A stretch of 64,000 nucleotides of DNA, taken from Azolla caroliniana (lineage: Eukaryota > Plantae > Polypodiophyta). A program made the position numbers and the translations under genes. Location of the stretch: the NCBI GenBank assembly GCA_043228905.1, contig JBHGNT010000020.1, forward strand, positions 12,462,001-12,526,000, given 5' to 3'. Numbering within the stretch: position 1 is the stretch's first letter; the number at the start of each line of letters is the position of its first letter. Below the pieces are notes generated by a model that ran no database searches, had not been told where the DNA came from, and saw only the letters and a list, made by a program, of their open reading frames with translations. Shown in pieces: positions 11,688 through 25,500 of this stretch.

Positions 11688-14600
11688 TGAGAAAAGCTGT
11701 TAATAGCAGCAGCGGACGACTTAAAACAAAATAGGCACAGCCAAGCTGTGAGAAGGCTGTTAGACAGCAGTAGAAAAAATGGTTGCAAAGAGTAGAGACA
11801 CAGCCAAGGAATAGAGCTTGTTTTAAGTAGCAAAAAAGAAAATGAAAACTTATACAAAAGAGGCTGGTATAGCCTATTTATACAAAATTGGGGAATGTGG
11901 GTGAAATGGCTGTTTGGTAGTTAAGTGACTCTTGTACTACCAAACAGGTACAAAAAACTAGGAATATCTTGGAAAAGGTAGAAGAGAGAAAAGGCATTTA
12001 AAGCATTGCAGATTCTAGAGAGAGAAGGCATTTAAAGAGTTGCAGATTCTAGAGAGAGAAGAATCTGAGAAAAGAGAGAATGTAGTACAAAGATAATAAA
12101 TATGAAAGAGAGTGCAGGGCTGGAGCTGCCACCCTCCAACACCTCCTCTCAGCTCCAGAACGGCAGTCCAACATTGAGTCGATCAAGGAGCTGATCAATG
12201 GCTTGCCTTGGAAGTGGCTTAGTAAATAAATCAGCCACATTTTCTTGAGTAGGGCAATATGCCAAGTTGATGACTTGTGATTTCACTAAGTCACGAACAA
12301 AATGGTAGTGCACTTCGATGTGTTTTGTTCTACCATGAAATGCTGAGCTATGTGCCAAGGCACGTGCACTTTGGCTGTCGGTGAAAACTGCAATAGGAGA
12401 GGTTTGCAAAACACCAATGTGAGAAAACAATTGCATCAACCATAGCAACTCACAGCAAGTATCCAAGTAGGCGCGATATTCAGCTTCCGTCGATGAAGTA
12501 GAAACTGAGTTTTGCTTCTTCGATTTCCAAGAAATCAAACCTGAACCTAACATAAAACAATAGCCAGATGTGGACCTTCTAGAATCAATATCACCTGCCC
12601 AATCAGCATCTGAGTAGCCAACAAGCTCAATGCCGCCTCTAAAAGATAGACCATAGTCGAGTGTGTTGGCCAAATACCGAAGAACTCGAATAGCTGCTTG
12701 CCAATGACTTTGTCTTGGAGCAGTTGAGAATTGGCTGAGAATACTCACGCTATAGGACAAATCAGGCCTGGTATAAGTTAAGTGAAGAAGGGACCCGATT
12801 AATCTCCTATATTTCGTGATATCCTCAAATATGGGAGAATCGTCTTCACGAGATAGCTTTGAGTTTGGATCCATTGGACAGGAGAGTGGCTTGCAATTTG
12901 TCATGCTATAGGTCTCAAGGAGCTGCCTGAGATACCTATGTTGGCTGAGAAAGATACCACCATGTGATTGATAGACCTCCATACCTATGAAATAATGGAG
13001 AAGTCCTAGATCAGTCATTTCAAAGGTTGTTTTGAGGTCAGCGCGGACCTCCTCGATTTTAGATGCAAGGGACCCTGTAATTAGAAGGTCGTCAACATAT
13101 AATATGATCAAGCAAAGCAAATTATCTTGGGAAAAAACATAGAAATTGCTGTCAGCATTACAGTTTTGAAACCCAAGAGAAAGAAAGAAGCTATCAATTT
13201 TGTCATGCCAAGCTTTGGGAGCTTGCTTTAAGCCATACAAGGCTTTGTGTAACTTGTAGACCATGTTTTTCTGCTCTAAAATCTCGAAACCTGGAGGCTG
13301 TTCAACATAAACCTCCTCTTTCAAGTCACCATTAAGGAAGGCTGACTTGACATCCATTTGAAAAATGGCCCATTTGTTGTGAGCAGCAAGTGCAAGCGCA
13401 CATCGAATAGATGTGTACCTTGCTGTTGGAGCAAAAGTTTCCTCATAATCCACTCCTTCAACTTGTGAGTAGCCTTTTGCCACTAAACGTGCCTTGTGCT
13501 TATCCAAAGTACCATCAGCATGGTATTTGGTCTTGAAAATCCATTTCAATCCAATGACTTGTCGATGTGGAGGCCGTGGGACCAGCTCCCATGTATGATT
13601 CCGCTCAATGGAATCAAGTTCAACTTCCATTGCTGCTTTCCACTTTGGAAGAACAAGGGCCTCTTTTGCTGTTGTGGGTTCTTTTGATTGCACAACAGTG
13701 CACAATAAGGCAAAGTTGCATGAGTGAAGAGGCCGTTGTGACTTACGTGTTCGAGAACCAGATGTATACTCATGAAGTTCAGCATCGGAGAGATGAGAAT
13801 CACGAATGGTGGCTTGAAGCCACTTGGGAAGTGGTGGAAGCTGGTTTGTAGAGGGAGTGGAAACAAGTGGGGTTGAGGGAGAGGTTTGAATTGTTGGCGA
13901 AGTTAGAGATTGAGTAGGAGGAGATGGGAGGCTTGAAGATGAGACATCTTCGTCTAAAATAGGAGATTCCGGAGGAGCTTGGATTTCAACCATGAACTCA
14001 GGTAAAATCCTAGAGTCATCCGGCTGAGACTCCACAAAATGAACATCCCTAGATATGACTAGGGACTTTGACTCTAAATCCCATAACCTGTATGCTTTAG
14101 ATTGTGTGCTGTAACCAAGAAATTTGCATTTCTTGGTTTTGGACTCAAATTTCGTCCTTTTATGATCTGAAATGTGAACATAAGCATCACAACCAAAGAC
14201 TTTAAAATGAGATACTGAGGGCTTTACACCTGTAAATGCTTCTTCAGGCGTCATTCTAGCAACTGCTTTTGTTGGGCAGCAGTTGATGATGTAGACTGCT
14301 GTGTTGACAGCTTCACCCCAAAACGAGAGAGGAAGATCAGATTGAGATAGCATCGTACGAGCCATCTCTTGGACTGTCCGGTTCTTCCTTTCCACGACTC
14401 CATTTTGTTGAGGAGTATTGGGTGTAGAAAATTGGCGAGCAATGCCTCGTTGAGAGCAGAAATGGTCGAAAGCTTTGGAGATAAACTCTCCACCATTGTC
14501 TGACCTGATCTTTCGAACTTTCTTCGATGTCTCGTTCTCCACGAGAGCTACCCATTCTTGAAATTTTGCGAAGGCTTGGGATTTTTCTACAAGAAAATAA

Positions 14601-16969
14601 ACCCAAACCTTGCGGGAGAAGTCATCAATTATAAGCATGAAGTAGCGTGCACCACCAAGAGTAGTGGTTTTCATGGGACCACAAAGATCCATGTGCACTA
14701 ACTCCAAGATAGATGTTGCTCGGTGAGTGGCTTCATGAGGGAAAGGCTCTCGATGTTGCTTGCCATGAAGACAAGCAATACATGGGGTATTGGGAGATTT
14801 GAAAATAGGAAGACCCTCAACTAGTTGGGAGGAGGAGAGCTTTTGAAGAGAATCATAGTTGAGATGACCAAACCTAGCATGCCACAACGTGGGATCTTCT
14901 TGTGCCACCAAGGCATGAGAGCCTTGAAGAAGATGAAGAAGATGAGATTTGGAGTTTTCCAAGGGGCTATGGGAGCTTTTTAGGCGATATAAACCCCCTT
15001 CTTGTGTGCCACTAGCTACAATTTGTAGGCTGTTGGTGTCAATCACTTCCAAAACTGAGCTATCAAAGTAGACTCCATAACCTTGCATGGTGATTTTGTA
15101 AACCGAAAGTAGGTTGGTAGAGATGCGAGGCACATGTAGCACATCTTGAAGAACGACAGGTTCTTCACTTGAAGAATTGTCAAGAACCACATTACCCACA
15201 CATGAAGCCTCAATGCTTGAGGCATCTCCTATAGAGATTTGGGAAGAGCTAGGCTTCACATCATGCAAAATGGATTTGTCATAGGTCATGTGTGAAGTGG
15301 CACCACTATCTACTAACCACTCATCGATGGTTGAAGTAGTTGGTCCAGCCAAATGTGAAGTATGTTCCTCAATGCCAAGGAAAACTGTTTCTTTGGCTGA
15401 GTGGGCCGAGTTGGATTTCGGTGTAGGTTGATTTCTGGTAGAAGAAGAGTTCTTAGCATTGTCCCTTTTCTTTTTCCGACAATCTGGCTGAATGTGACCT
15501 TTGTAGCCACAATAATGACAAGTGAGCTCCTTGTAAGCTGGGTTGTTTGGCGGTCTTGGATTGGGTTTGTTGTAGGAGTTACCATTTTGCTTCCACTTGC
15601 CTTTACTTGTCGCATGTAGAAGCGTCTCATTGGAAGTTTGAGCACTTTTCTTCCTTGTTGCCCTATCTTGTAGCATACCAAGAAATGTATTCATGTCAGG
15701 TGTGTTGGGAAGAAGAGAAATGGTGTCACAAAAGGCTGAGAATGACTCAGGCAACTTTATCATTAGACGATGCACAAACTCAACTTCAGTGGACTTGCTT
15801 CCCAAAGAAACTAGTTCCTTTTGGAGAGTGACAAATTCCGTTATTTGATCCATGATGTTGGGAGTGTCATGAATCTTGAGATTTGCTAGTTGGCTTTCAA
15901 TAGCTATCATTTGAGCATGATTAGCTCGATGATACCTCCTTTTGATGGCTGTCCATAGTTCATTGGCTGTCTCGTCATCTTTATCTTGAAATTGACGAGC
16001 AATGCTCGGTTTAATATTAAACATGAGGAAAGCATGAGCACGAGAATCCTTATCTAGCCAAGCTTCAATCTCAGCGTTAGATGAGCCAGCAACTGATTTG
16101 GTTGAAGAGGATGAAGTTACTGGTGGTTTCTTGTCACTACCATTGACTACATTCCATAAACGATGGTATTGTAGCAAGGTCTTTATTTGTAGCTCCCAAT
16201 CCAAGTAATTGTTCCCATCCAAGATGGATTCTTTGGGGAGTTGGGGAATGGTTGATGAAACAATGGTGGCATGTGAGGCCATGGATATCCTCCTCTTGAG
16301 CTACAGCTGGACAATTTACAGCAGTTGTAAGTAGATACTCAGGGTCTTTCTACTTCTCCCTAGATGCTAGGTGAGGCTCAGATAAGGGGAAAAGAAAACA
16401 GAAGAGCCTCCTCTGTAGGGTTGGGAGGGAGGGATAAAAGAAGATAGGTCTGTGTGCTCTTTGGCAAAAAAAAATCAGGCTGAGGATATGGAGACCTCAC
16501 TGCTCTGATACCATGTGAGAAAAGCTGTTAATAGCAGCAGCGGACGACTTAAAACAAAATAGGCACAGCCAAGCTGTGAGAAGGCTGTTAGACAGCAGTA
16601 GAAAAAATGGTTGCAAAGAGTAGAGACACAGCCAAGGAATAGAGCTTGTTTTAAGTAGCAAAAAAGAAAATGAAAACTTATACAAAAGAGGCTGGTATAG
16701 CCTATTTATACAAAATTGGGGAATGTGGGTGAAATGGCTGTTTGGTAGTTAAGTGACTCTTGTACTACCAAACAGGTACAAAAAACTAGGAATATCTTGG
16801 AAAAGGTAGAAGAGAGAAAAGGCATTTAAAGCATTGCAGATTCTAGAGAGAGAAGGCATTTAAAGAGTTGCAGATTCTAGAGAGAGAAGAATCTGAGAAA
16901 AGAGAGAATGTAGTACAAAGATAATAAATATGAAAGAGAGTGCAGGGCTGGAGCTGCCACCCTCCAACA
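11688..16969 (-). mobile_element. Intact full-length Ty1/copia LTR retrotransposon
   Basis: Two 454-bp LTRs (11688-12141 and 16516-16969), identical by eye, with TG...CA ends. tRNA-iMet PBS TGGTATCAGAGCA at 16501-16513. PPT GGAGCTGAGAGGAGG at 12142-12156. TGTG flanks both ends. Confidence 0.97.
12149..16282 (-). CDS. Copia Gag-Pol polyprotein, 1377 aa, uninterrupted
   Basis: Zn knuckle [14 protein letters not shown], protease [19 protein letters not shown], integrase SDNGGEF / [17 protein letters not shown], RNase H SDADWAGD and ADLFTK. Copia domain order PR-IN-RT-RH. Confidence 0.97.
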   Translation of the reverse strand: MASHATIVSSTIPQLPKESILDGNNYLDWELQIKTLLQYHRLWNVVNGSDKKPPVTSSSSTKSVAGSSNAEIEAWLDKDSRAHAFLMFNIKPSIARQFQDKDDETANELWTAIKRRYHRANHAQMIAIESQLANLKIHDTPNIMDQITEFVTLQKELVSLGSKSTEVEFVHRLMIKLPESFSAFCDTISLLPNTPDMNTFLGMLQDRATRKKSAQTSNETLLHATSKGKWKQNGNSYNKPNPRPPNNPAYKELTCHYCGYKGHIQPDCRKKKRDNAKNSSSTRNQPTPKSNSAHSAKETVFLGIEEHTSHLAGPTTSTIDEWLVDSGATSHMTYDKSILHDVKPSSSQISIGDASSIEASCVGNVVLDNSSSEEPVVLQDVLHVPRISTNLLSVYKITMQGYGVYFDSSVLEVIDTNSLQIVASGTQEGGLYRLKSSHSPLENSKSHLLHLLQGSHALVAQEDPTLWHARFGHLNYDSLQKLSSSQLVEGLPIFKSPNTPCIACLHGKQHREPFPHEATHRATSILELVHMDLCGPMKTTTLGGARYFMLIIDDFSRKVWVYFLVEKSQAFAKFQEWVALVENETSKKVRKIRSDNGGEFISKAFDHFCSQRGIARQFSTPNTPQQNGVVERKNRTVQEMARTMLSQSDLPLSFWGEAVNTAVYIINCCPTKAVARMTPEEAFTGVKPSVSHFKVFGCDAYVHISDHKRTKFESKTKKCKFLGYSTQSKAYRLWDLESKSLVISRDVHFVESQPDDSRILPEFMVEIQAPPESPILDEDVSSSSLPSPPTQSLTSPTIQTSPSTPLVSTPSTNQLPPLPKWLQATIRDSHLSDAELHEYTSGSRTRKSQRPLHSCNFALLCTVVQSKEPTTAKEALVLPKWKAAMEVELDSIERNHTWELVPRPPHRQVIGLKWIFKTKYHADGTLDKHKARLVAKGYSQVEGVDYEETFAPTARYTSIRCALALAAHNKWAIFQMDVKSAFLNGDLKEEVYVEQPPGFEILEQKNMVYKLHKALYGLKQAPKAWHDKIDSFFLSLGFQNCNADSNFYVFSQDNLLCLIILYVDDLLITGSLASKIEEVRADLKTTFEMTDLGLLHYFIGMEVYQSHGGIFLSQHRYLRQLLETYSMTNCKPLSCPMDPNSKLSREDDSPIFEDITKYRRLIGSLLHLTYTRPDLSYSVSILSQFSTAPRQSHWQAAIRVLRYLANTLDYGLSFRGGIELVGYSDADWAGDIDSRRSTSGYCFMLGSGLISWKSKKQNSVSTSSTEAEYRAYLDTCCELLWLMQLFSHIGVLQTSPIAVFTDSQSARALAHSSAFHGRTKHIEVHYHFVRDLVKSQVINLAYCPTQENVADLFTKPLPRQAIDQLLDRLNVGLPFWS

Positions 16970-19900
16970 TGTGCTAAATGATGCATTACGAGCTCCTCCA
17001 ATGTGGATGTGATTTAGATTTCTTTTTTTATCCAGAAACTAAAACCCCACTAAGGTGGTAAGAGTTCGTCATGGGACCACTCTTCGATGGGGGTGGTATG
17101 ATGCATTCCCTGTGGAAAAGAAGAAGAGAGAAAAAGCGTACAAGCACCTTGTGATGTCGGAATCTTGGTATCATAATCGCATGTACGAATATGGAATCAT
17201 CGATCATTTGAATACGTACAATGGTGTTGTTCATGCTAAATAAGTAAAAAAGAAAAAGAAAAAGAAAACAATGAACATCCAATCCACAAGGATGAAAAAA
17301 GATCATAACTATGAGATACTAACAATAACAACAATAATAGGAGGTTATGAGGATCCTTATAATTTCTATCTATCTACAAATATAGGCCTAGTTAAGGTTA
17401 CTCCTAAGTTTAGAACAAATCTAGCCAAAGCTAGGGCTTGTTATTAATTTGGCTTTTTGATTGATTTTAAGGTGATCAAGAAACTTATATTTTAATTGTT
17501 AATTTTTTTTGTATAAATTAATGAATTTGGGGTAGCATTAATGTGTTTGTGTGTTGGGGGCTAATTTAATAAATAAATAAATCAATAAATAAAGGATCTT
17601 TTTTGAAGTTCAAAAGAAGCCGAAAATATGCAATAAATAATCAATTAAATTAAATTAAATTATTGTCAAATTCAAAATAGATGCCGCGAATTTATAATAA
17701 ATAATAGAATAAATGAAATATATTCAAAATCAAAAAACAAAAAAGTTATAAATAAAAAAACGATATTAAAATTTAAATATATATAATCAAAATTAATCAA
17801 TCAAATAATTAATTAATTGCATACATTCCGCCGCTCACTTTTCAAATAGTTTTTTTGTTATTCAATCAAATCTTAAAATTAAGAATTTCAACGACATTTA
17901 AAAAATAAAATGAGAATAAAAGACTTTATATAATATTCGTTTTATTTATTCATAATAATATTCACGAATTGATATGCCCTTTTTGCTATCAATCTTCATG
18001 ATCACTGTCTTTAATTAATTAATTAATTATTTATTTATTTACAAACATGTCCCCAATGCCCATTAGAATTTAGGTCATTCTCTTTTTTCAATTAATATTA
18101 ATCATATTGATCTATTTTTGCTAATTTAATTTGTGGCAAATAGACAAACAAAGGAAAAATTGTCAATATTTACAAATTTGACTCTCTCACCTGCCCATCA
18201 CCTCCAAAGAATACAAACAACAAAGAGAAGAGAGGATTCAATAATGGTTTTTTTCTAGCTTCCCAGGTTTCACTTTAACTGTAACCAAATTAAAACAAAC
18301 ATAACATGCGATTTCAAAAAAAACATATTGGATAAACTAGGCATATAATTTGTTTTGTTGTTGCTAGATGCCATCAACCTGTCTCTAGGGATATTTATTG
18401 TCACTCACTTCAACAAATCTCTAATCGTTTCGTTTCAACAAAACCCTAATTATTTCGTTTAAAAGGATATGATTACATATGTATGTATGTATGTATGCCA
18501 TTACTCTAGATATAAAATGATTGATAGGAGTTGTGCTTCCTCGAGCTACTTCCATTTGATTTGATTGAAACATATTCAACCAAACAATATTCTCGGATTG
18601 ACCTACTACATTCCCACCTCTAAAAGTCCGTGAAATCCTCAGAACAACAATACAACCTATATCCTTCCTTTAGATATGTATATCATACAAAAAATCATTG
18701 CAGCATTGATAATGTAGGGTGAGTTCACCATAACCTATTATTTGTCTTAAATTAATCGGCCATTGGAAATGTCCAAAAGAACATTTGTTTTCTTTAATGC
18801 ATTTTTTGCATTGTGAAGCTGACCCTTTCACATTATATTTGTCCTACTAATCATTTTTTGGAACTCAATATGTTCGTACTTCTCAAGAATCCAGTTGTTT
18901 GGTAGCACAGACAACCAAATTATATTCAAACTCAGATGATACAAATCACTAACAAGATTGGCATGGCGTCATACTGACATACACATATTGTTACTAGGAA
19001 GAACTAACACTCTCTATGAATCAATACTTTCTAGCTCAATGTGATACAAATTGAAATACCAATGAAACAAACTCCATGTTACTTGAGAAGGTAGTAAGCA
19101 ATAAAATTAAGACCGGGAAACATTGCTTCTCAACAAAAAGCGTCATTAGTCTCTTCAGGGACATCTAATAACAAGCATCTTTACCCAAATCTCGTGAACT
19201 CTTTATGGGTTCATTTTCATATTGTGCAATAGCTCCCCAATTTCCACATTAGAGTGATTTGATCCATTATTGGGTTTCTAATTTCAATTCTGAAGTCAAC
19301 AATATCACAACCTAGAACAATGGTGAAATTTGATAAATAAATTTAATACATGGGTCATCCATGAGTTGTAAAAGATTGAATAATTCTTAGTTACTCAATA
19401 TTTATCAATTAGATAAACAAACCCGATAGTTTTAGGAACTCACGAGTCACAACTAAAAATTCAAAAAGTATCCAAATTCAACATCAAACCTATGGATTCC
19501 ACACGGGAAGGATCAATAAAATCCATTAGGACACTATCATGAAGTAGGGGGTCCACAAAGAATTGGTCTTCAAATTTCCATCAAACATAAATTATTTCGG
19601 TGTGAAAAATCCATTTATCACGAAAAAGTAAAAGATCTAAGGTCAGACAACTTAAACAAAGTCAAACTCATTCCATTCAAAATTTAAATAAACATCAATT
19701 TATGGGTTGATCAAGGAAGTGACCATTATTGGTTCATGAGTAAACATTAACCCATATGGTCCCAAAATCTAGTGCCTTTGATTTGCAAAGTGCAATATAA
19801 AAAAGATAGAATGATTGTGGTGTTTTGGTTTGATGGATATAGGGAAAAGGCCATTAATTCCATTGCAAGTGGCAATTTGTTTCGGTGGCCACACTTGGTT

Positions 19901-20609
19901 CTTAAATTGCAATTGACAACACACCAATTCATGTTTTGTGATGATTTATCTAATTTAGCAAACATGATCAGAGGATGGTATATAGAAATTCACAAACTAT
20001 GGTTCAATCAATTAGCATTGAAAGCACAAGGTATGTTTTGTAAAGAGCAAGACAATCCCACAAAGCGTGAAACAACTTGCGTCTATGTAAGCAAATGTTT
20101 CTCGTATCACCACAATCGGTCAAAAAAACTATAATTTGCTCCGAATCTCAAAAGGTTTGTGACATTAGCATAACGTATACCATTTTCAAAATGATAAAAG
20201 TAGAAACCTTGGAGATGAAGTTTGCGACATTAGCATAACAGAACAACATTTTCAAAATGAAAAGTGGAAACGTTTGGAGATGAGACGCATTTACTATTGT
20301 CTTCATTTTTAGACCACTTTGACCTTGGCAGGTATTGGTAATATTATGGCTAACCTTATAATCTAGGCTTTGAACATGTAATGTACTGTAGAACACCAAC
20401 TTTCGTTTTTTGTATCGTTTTCGATATTAGGTCATGTGTCCTAAATGGGTTTCATAAACGACGATTAAAAGTCTAAATGATGTATTGTAACATGCTATCC
20501 ATGTCCATATGCGATTGGTCAAATTGCAATGTCGTTGAGGAGATGGTCCAAAAGGCAATTGAACTCTATTTTGTGATATGTTACGACGATAGGAGGATGG
20601 GATTGCCAT

Positions 20610-20826
20610 CGAACATGCGGATGTTTCTTTCTAATGGTCCACAGGTGTGTGTGTGTGTGTGTGGGGGGGGGCGGGGGGGTTGTTAATTGAGTCTTGATCA
20701 ATGCTAACGAATTAATCACGAACATGCGGATGTTTCTTTCTAAGGGTCCCAAAAGGTGTGTGTGTAGGGGGGGGGGGGGGGGTGTTTGTTAATCGAGTCT
20801 CGATCAATGCTAACAAATTAATCACG
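20610..20826. repeat. ~110-bp tandem duplication containing (GT)n and poly-G
   Basis: CGAACATGCGGATGTTTCTTTCTAA...TCAATGCTAAC..ATTAATCACG occurs twice. Confidence 0.8.
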
Positions 20827-21046
20827 TCATCAGTGAAAAAGCAAGACTGGTGGATCTCGTGATGGCCATTGTGAAAGCCAAAAGATCATCAGGTCAATCC
20901 AAGACTCATTGTCCTTTTCGAGTTGCTAGAGAGGGCACGGGCACGATATTGTCAAGGGTCTTTTACGAAGGATATATGATATATGACGCACCTTCTGTTA
21001 TGGGTTTTCGGTCGGTCTCAAAGAGATCACTACCCATATTGATATG

Positions 21047-21201
21047 ATACACACACACACACACTCTCTCTCTCTCTCTCTTTATCCTTCACACACAAAA
21101 AAAAACTTGTCTATGTCTCTCTCTCTCTCTCTCTCTCTATCACACACACACACACACACACTCACACACACACACACACTCTCACTCTCACTCTCACTCA
21201 C

Positions 21202-21259
<58 letters not shown>

Positions 21260-21360
21260 ACACACAAAAAAGAACCTTGTATATGTCTATATGTGTACAT
21301 ATATGTCTCAGACACACACACACACACAATCTCTCTCTTTCACACACACACACACACAAA
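21047..21360. repeat. Compound (CA)n/(CT)n microsatellite
   Basis: Seen directly. It accounts for the low-complexity ORF 21044-21418. Confidence 0.9.
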
Positions 21361-21588
21361 AAAAAAAAAGAACCTTGTACATACATATATGTGTCTATAT
21401 ATTATTAGCATTAAATGACAAAAAACACCAATAATGAGTATTTGTGAAATTAACAACATTAAAAAGAACAAAAATGCCCCCAATAATTTTTGAGGTGAAT
21501 CTGCATTAAATGAAGAAGCAGATTAGTTGGAAGGACTGTTAGAGTCAATATCTCCTCCTCCTCCTCCTCTCCCCCAACCCCAGAAACA

Positions 21589-21657
21589 TAAATAAAATAA
21601 AATAAAATAAAATAAAATAAAATAAAATAAAATAAAATAAAATAAAATAAAAAAATA
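21589..21657. repeat. (AAAAT)n microsatellite
   Basis: Seen directly. Confidence 0.9.
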
Positions 21658-22144
21658 ACTTTAATAATGGCTGAAGAGAGCTGAGCTGAAAGATTGGGGG
21701 GGGTGGCATTTATTATTAAAACCTAAATGATTATTTTGTCATTTGTAGTTAAAAACAATGCTGATTAAGGAGCACTTAATCCAGGATTAGGTGATGGTTA
21801 GGAGTTAATGATTGATAGGTAAGCCTTTTAATTAAGGAAGAAGAAAGAAGAAGAAGAATGAATAAGAGAAAAGCATGTTAAGCAAGCAAGCAAACAGACA
21901 GAGACAGATACAGAGACAGATACAGAGACTGAGACAGAGAGAAAATATACATATATACTCTGTTTCTCTCCTTCTATAATATAATGCTTCTTCCTCTGTT
22001 TTCTTCTTGCCTGCTGGTTATGGCCTCCACCTCTTCCTGCATCACCAATCTACACTGTGTTTTCCATTAATCATTCTAACTTAAGGCTATGACATCCATC
22101 TCTTACATATACAAACTGATTTGATCTCAAGTATTCATTCCTCT

Positions 22145-22300
22145 TCTTCTTCTTAATCCTTCCAATCCTTCTTCTTAATCCTACTAATCTTTCTTCTTAA
22201 TCCTACTAATCCTTCTTCTTAATCCTACTAATCCTTCTTCTTAATCCCACTAATCCTTCTTCTTAATCCTACTAATCCTTCTTCTTAATCCCACTAATCC
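22145..22300. repeat. 21-bp tandem repeat (TTCTTCTTAATCCTACTAATCC-like) upstream of GPAT
   Basis: About 7 copies, 200-360 bp before the ATG. Confidence 0.85.
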
Positions 22301-22502
22301 ATCCTTATCATTCACCATTGATTCCTTGCCCTATACAGAGATATACATATACACATAGTTTTTTGAGTCTTCAAATATAGATAGATCCAAGCTCACCATA
22401 TCCTTCATTCTCAATCAAGCTCTTATTCTTTCTTTTCTTTTTTTCTTAATCCTGTTTTTTTTTCTGATTTTCTCTGCTCAGTCTTATCAGTTCCACCTAG
22501 CA

Positions 22503-25500
22503 ATGCATTTCAACCACTTCAATCTCCTCCTCCAATCCATAGGCTTCTACTTCCATGTCTGCCTCTCTGAGCTGAAGATAGTCACAAATGTGGTGAATAG
22601 GCATAACCATAGCCATGGATCAATCCCTTCATCTTCTCCACAAGCCAAATCCAGCCATGCCAGGCCAGTCCTGTATGAAACCCTAGACAAGTACACACCA
22701 TCAAAGCCTGAGAGCAATGGAAGCAAGGTAGTGGTGGTGGAAGAACTCCATGGGACCCTCACAAGGTCTACCTGCACATTTCCATACTTCATGCTAGTAG
22801 CATTTGAGGCAGGGTCTCCATTAAGGGGCCTCATCCTGCTCCTGCTCTGGCCTCTCATAGCTCTCATCAACACATTCATGTCTCAATCCATAGCTCTCCA
22901 GATCCTCATCTTCATATCCATGGCAGGGCTGAGGATGCAGGATCTGGAAGGGGTAGGGAAAGCTGTGTTAACCAGGTTCTACCTGCAGGATTTGAGGGGT
23001 TCTGCATACAAGGTTTTCATGGCCTTCCCCAGGAGGTGTGTGGTGACATGCTTCCCAAGGGTAGTGGTGGAGGCCTTCTGCAGGGAGTATCTAGGGGCTG
23101 AGATGGTGCTGGGGACAGAGCTCCATAGTGTGAAAGGAATCTGCACTGGCCTGGTTTCTGCTAAAGCTGGCTATGGCTATGGCTTCTTGGTGGATGGGCC
23201 CAAGAAGAGAGAGGTTGTGAAGATGGCTCTGCACCATCAACAGCCTCACCTTGGCTTGTCCACCATATCATCCCCTCATGGTGTCCTCTCCCTCTGCAAG
23301 GTATGTGCTTTCAATTCTCAAGCTTTTGCTTTGATCTTAAACACAAGATTAATAACAATTTACTAAAGTTTCTGTTTTGATCTTAAACACAAGTTTAATC
23401 AATTACTAAAGCTTCTGTTTTGATCTTAAACACAAGTTTAATCAATTGCTAAGCTCCTGTTTTGATCTTGACACAAGCTTTTAATATCAAATTACTAAAG
23501 CTTCCTTCTGTTTTGATCTTAACACAAGCTTTTAACATCAAATTACTCATCTGTTTTGATCTTAATACAAGCTTAACATCTTCTGCTTTGATCCTAACAT
23601 AAGCTTTTAACATCAAATTACTAAAAGCTTCCTTCTGTTTTGATCTTATTAACACAGGATTTTAACATCAATTACTCATCTATTTTGGCCTCAATACAAG
23701 CTTAACATCTTCTGTTTTGATCTTAACACAAGCTTTTAACATCAAATTACTAAAGTTTCCTTCTGTTTTTTGATCTTATTAACTCAAACTTTTAACATCA
23801 AGTACTAAACCTTCTGTTTTGACCTTCCTTTGCATCATCAGAATGCATCATACTTACTTATTTATACAGAGAAAACTGTTTCTAATTTTAATAAACACAG
23901 ATTTGTGCATTGCTTTCAAAGAAACACAATATTGATGGGTTCCTGATTTTTGTTTGAAATCTTGTGATCATCATCAATCACATGGGTGTTATTTTTTTAA
24001 AATTGTAGTTTGGATTTTAGTTATAATAAGACCTAAAAAGATAAATTCAGTGAATTTGCTATATTAGGGCTTTACTAGGATTTGATCCCTTGACATGTAC
24101 TACTAGAAAGTGTGAAGGTTATGCATTGAGCCTAGGCATCATGGCTATATTAGGGCTTTACTAGGATTTGATCCCTTGACATATTAGTCATTGGTTTTCT
24201 CTTTAATCATGGAAACTCCTTAATGTCCTCTCCTACACACATGGAGCCCACAATGTGTTGTCTCCAACATGGGGCAATTCTGGTTTTCTTTGAATTTCCA
24301 TTGAATGGTTTGGTTTGGTTCTTCGGAAGCTCTCGGAAGCCCTCGGAAGCTTCGACTTCGAATCTAAAGTTTTGTTGGCCCCATTTAATGAAAAATTGTT
24401 TTCGAAAGAGTATGTTGATTGGCTTTTTTCTCTTGATGACCAAGCCAATGTGTACCTTGAGCATTTATGTGCCCTACTAGGTTGTCATTAACTACATATG
24501 TATGTATAGTTTTTCGAATGGGGTTACATCTTTTTATCCACCGACTTAACTCTCTTCGGTAGATGTTCCGCGTGTTTTATTTTTCTCTCTCTTTTTCCTT
24601 TCCTTTCCTTTCTTTCTTTCTTTTTACTATGATTAAGCTTCAACCAAAAACATTCTACCATCTTTATACAAGTGAATTGTGTTTGTCCACAACACATTTA
24701 ACACGCTTCTCATGTATATGCATTTACACACACACCGATTAAAGAAAAAAGCCTCGGATCGAAAAGAAAGTGACTCGTGTGCGCACATTTAAGCTTCCCA
24801 TGTGAGAGTGTGACATTATTTTTCCGATTATTCTTTTTGCATAAATTTCATGAATTGGAAGCTCTTAATGTTGTATTAATATACTGTTGTTATTAATTCA
24901 TAGCGAAAGCACAATCTCAATGGCTCAATGTTTTATCGTGAAACTCTTCGTAGTTTTTTTGCTGCGGAAAAAGGGTATTTTTCTAATCCTTAGCTTCCAA
25001 TGTGTTGTGACATGCAGGAAGGATATGTAGTTACGAACAATCACATGGACACGGTGCCGCGAGAAGAGTACCTAAAGCCATTGATCTTCCATGATGGACG
25101 GCTTGTCAAACTTCCGACACCAATGACATCGTTGGTTGTGTTCCTATGGTTCCCGATCGGGTTGATGCTTTCCATTATCAGGCTCCTTGTTTGGTCGGTG
25201 TTGCCATCTGAGGTCTCAATCCCGCTCTCGGCACTCTTGGGCGTAAGGTTGCAAGTCAAGGGCTCTCCTCCGCTGCCCACAACGGAGTCTGGGGGAGACC
25301 CCAACCGGGGGATGCTCTATGTGTGCACGCACCGCACGTTGCTCGACCCCATCTTCTTATCGGTCGCGTTGAGGCGCCGTGTGACCGCGGTCACATATAG
25401 CCTCAGCCGCTTGTCGGAGCTCTTGTCGCCCATCAAGACGGTACGGCTCACCAGGTGCCGCGAAAAGGATGGGAGGACGATTGACGAGGTGTTGAGGCAA

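Noticed and set aside
11960-12062. Heat-shock elements in the copia LTR
   Set aside because: TTCTAGAG and GAATATCTTGGAA do not give three good in-phase nGAAn units.
13496-15831. Antisense and alternate-frame ORFs within the copia (likewise in the LINEs, gypsy, GPAT and DLEC1)
   Set aside because: Short shadow ORFs with no motifs.
21044-21418. 124-aa ORF
   Set aside because: (CA)n/(CT)n translation.
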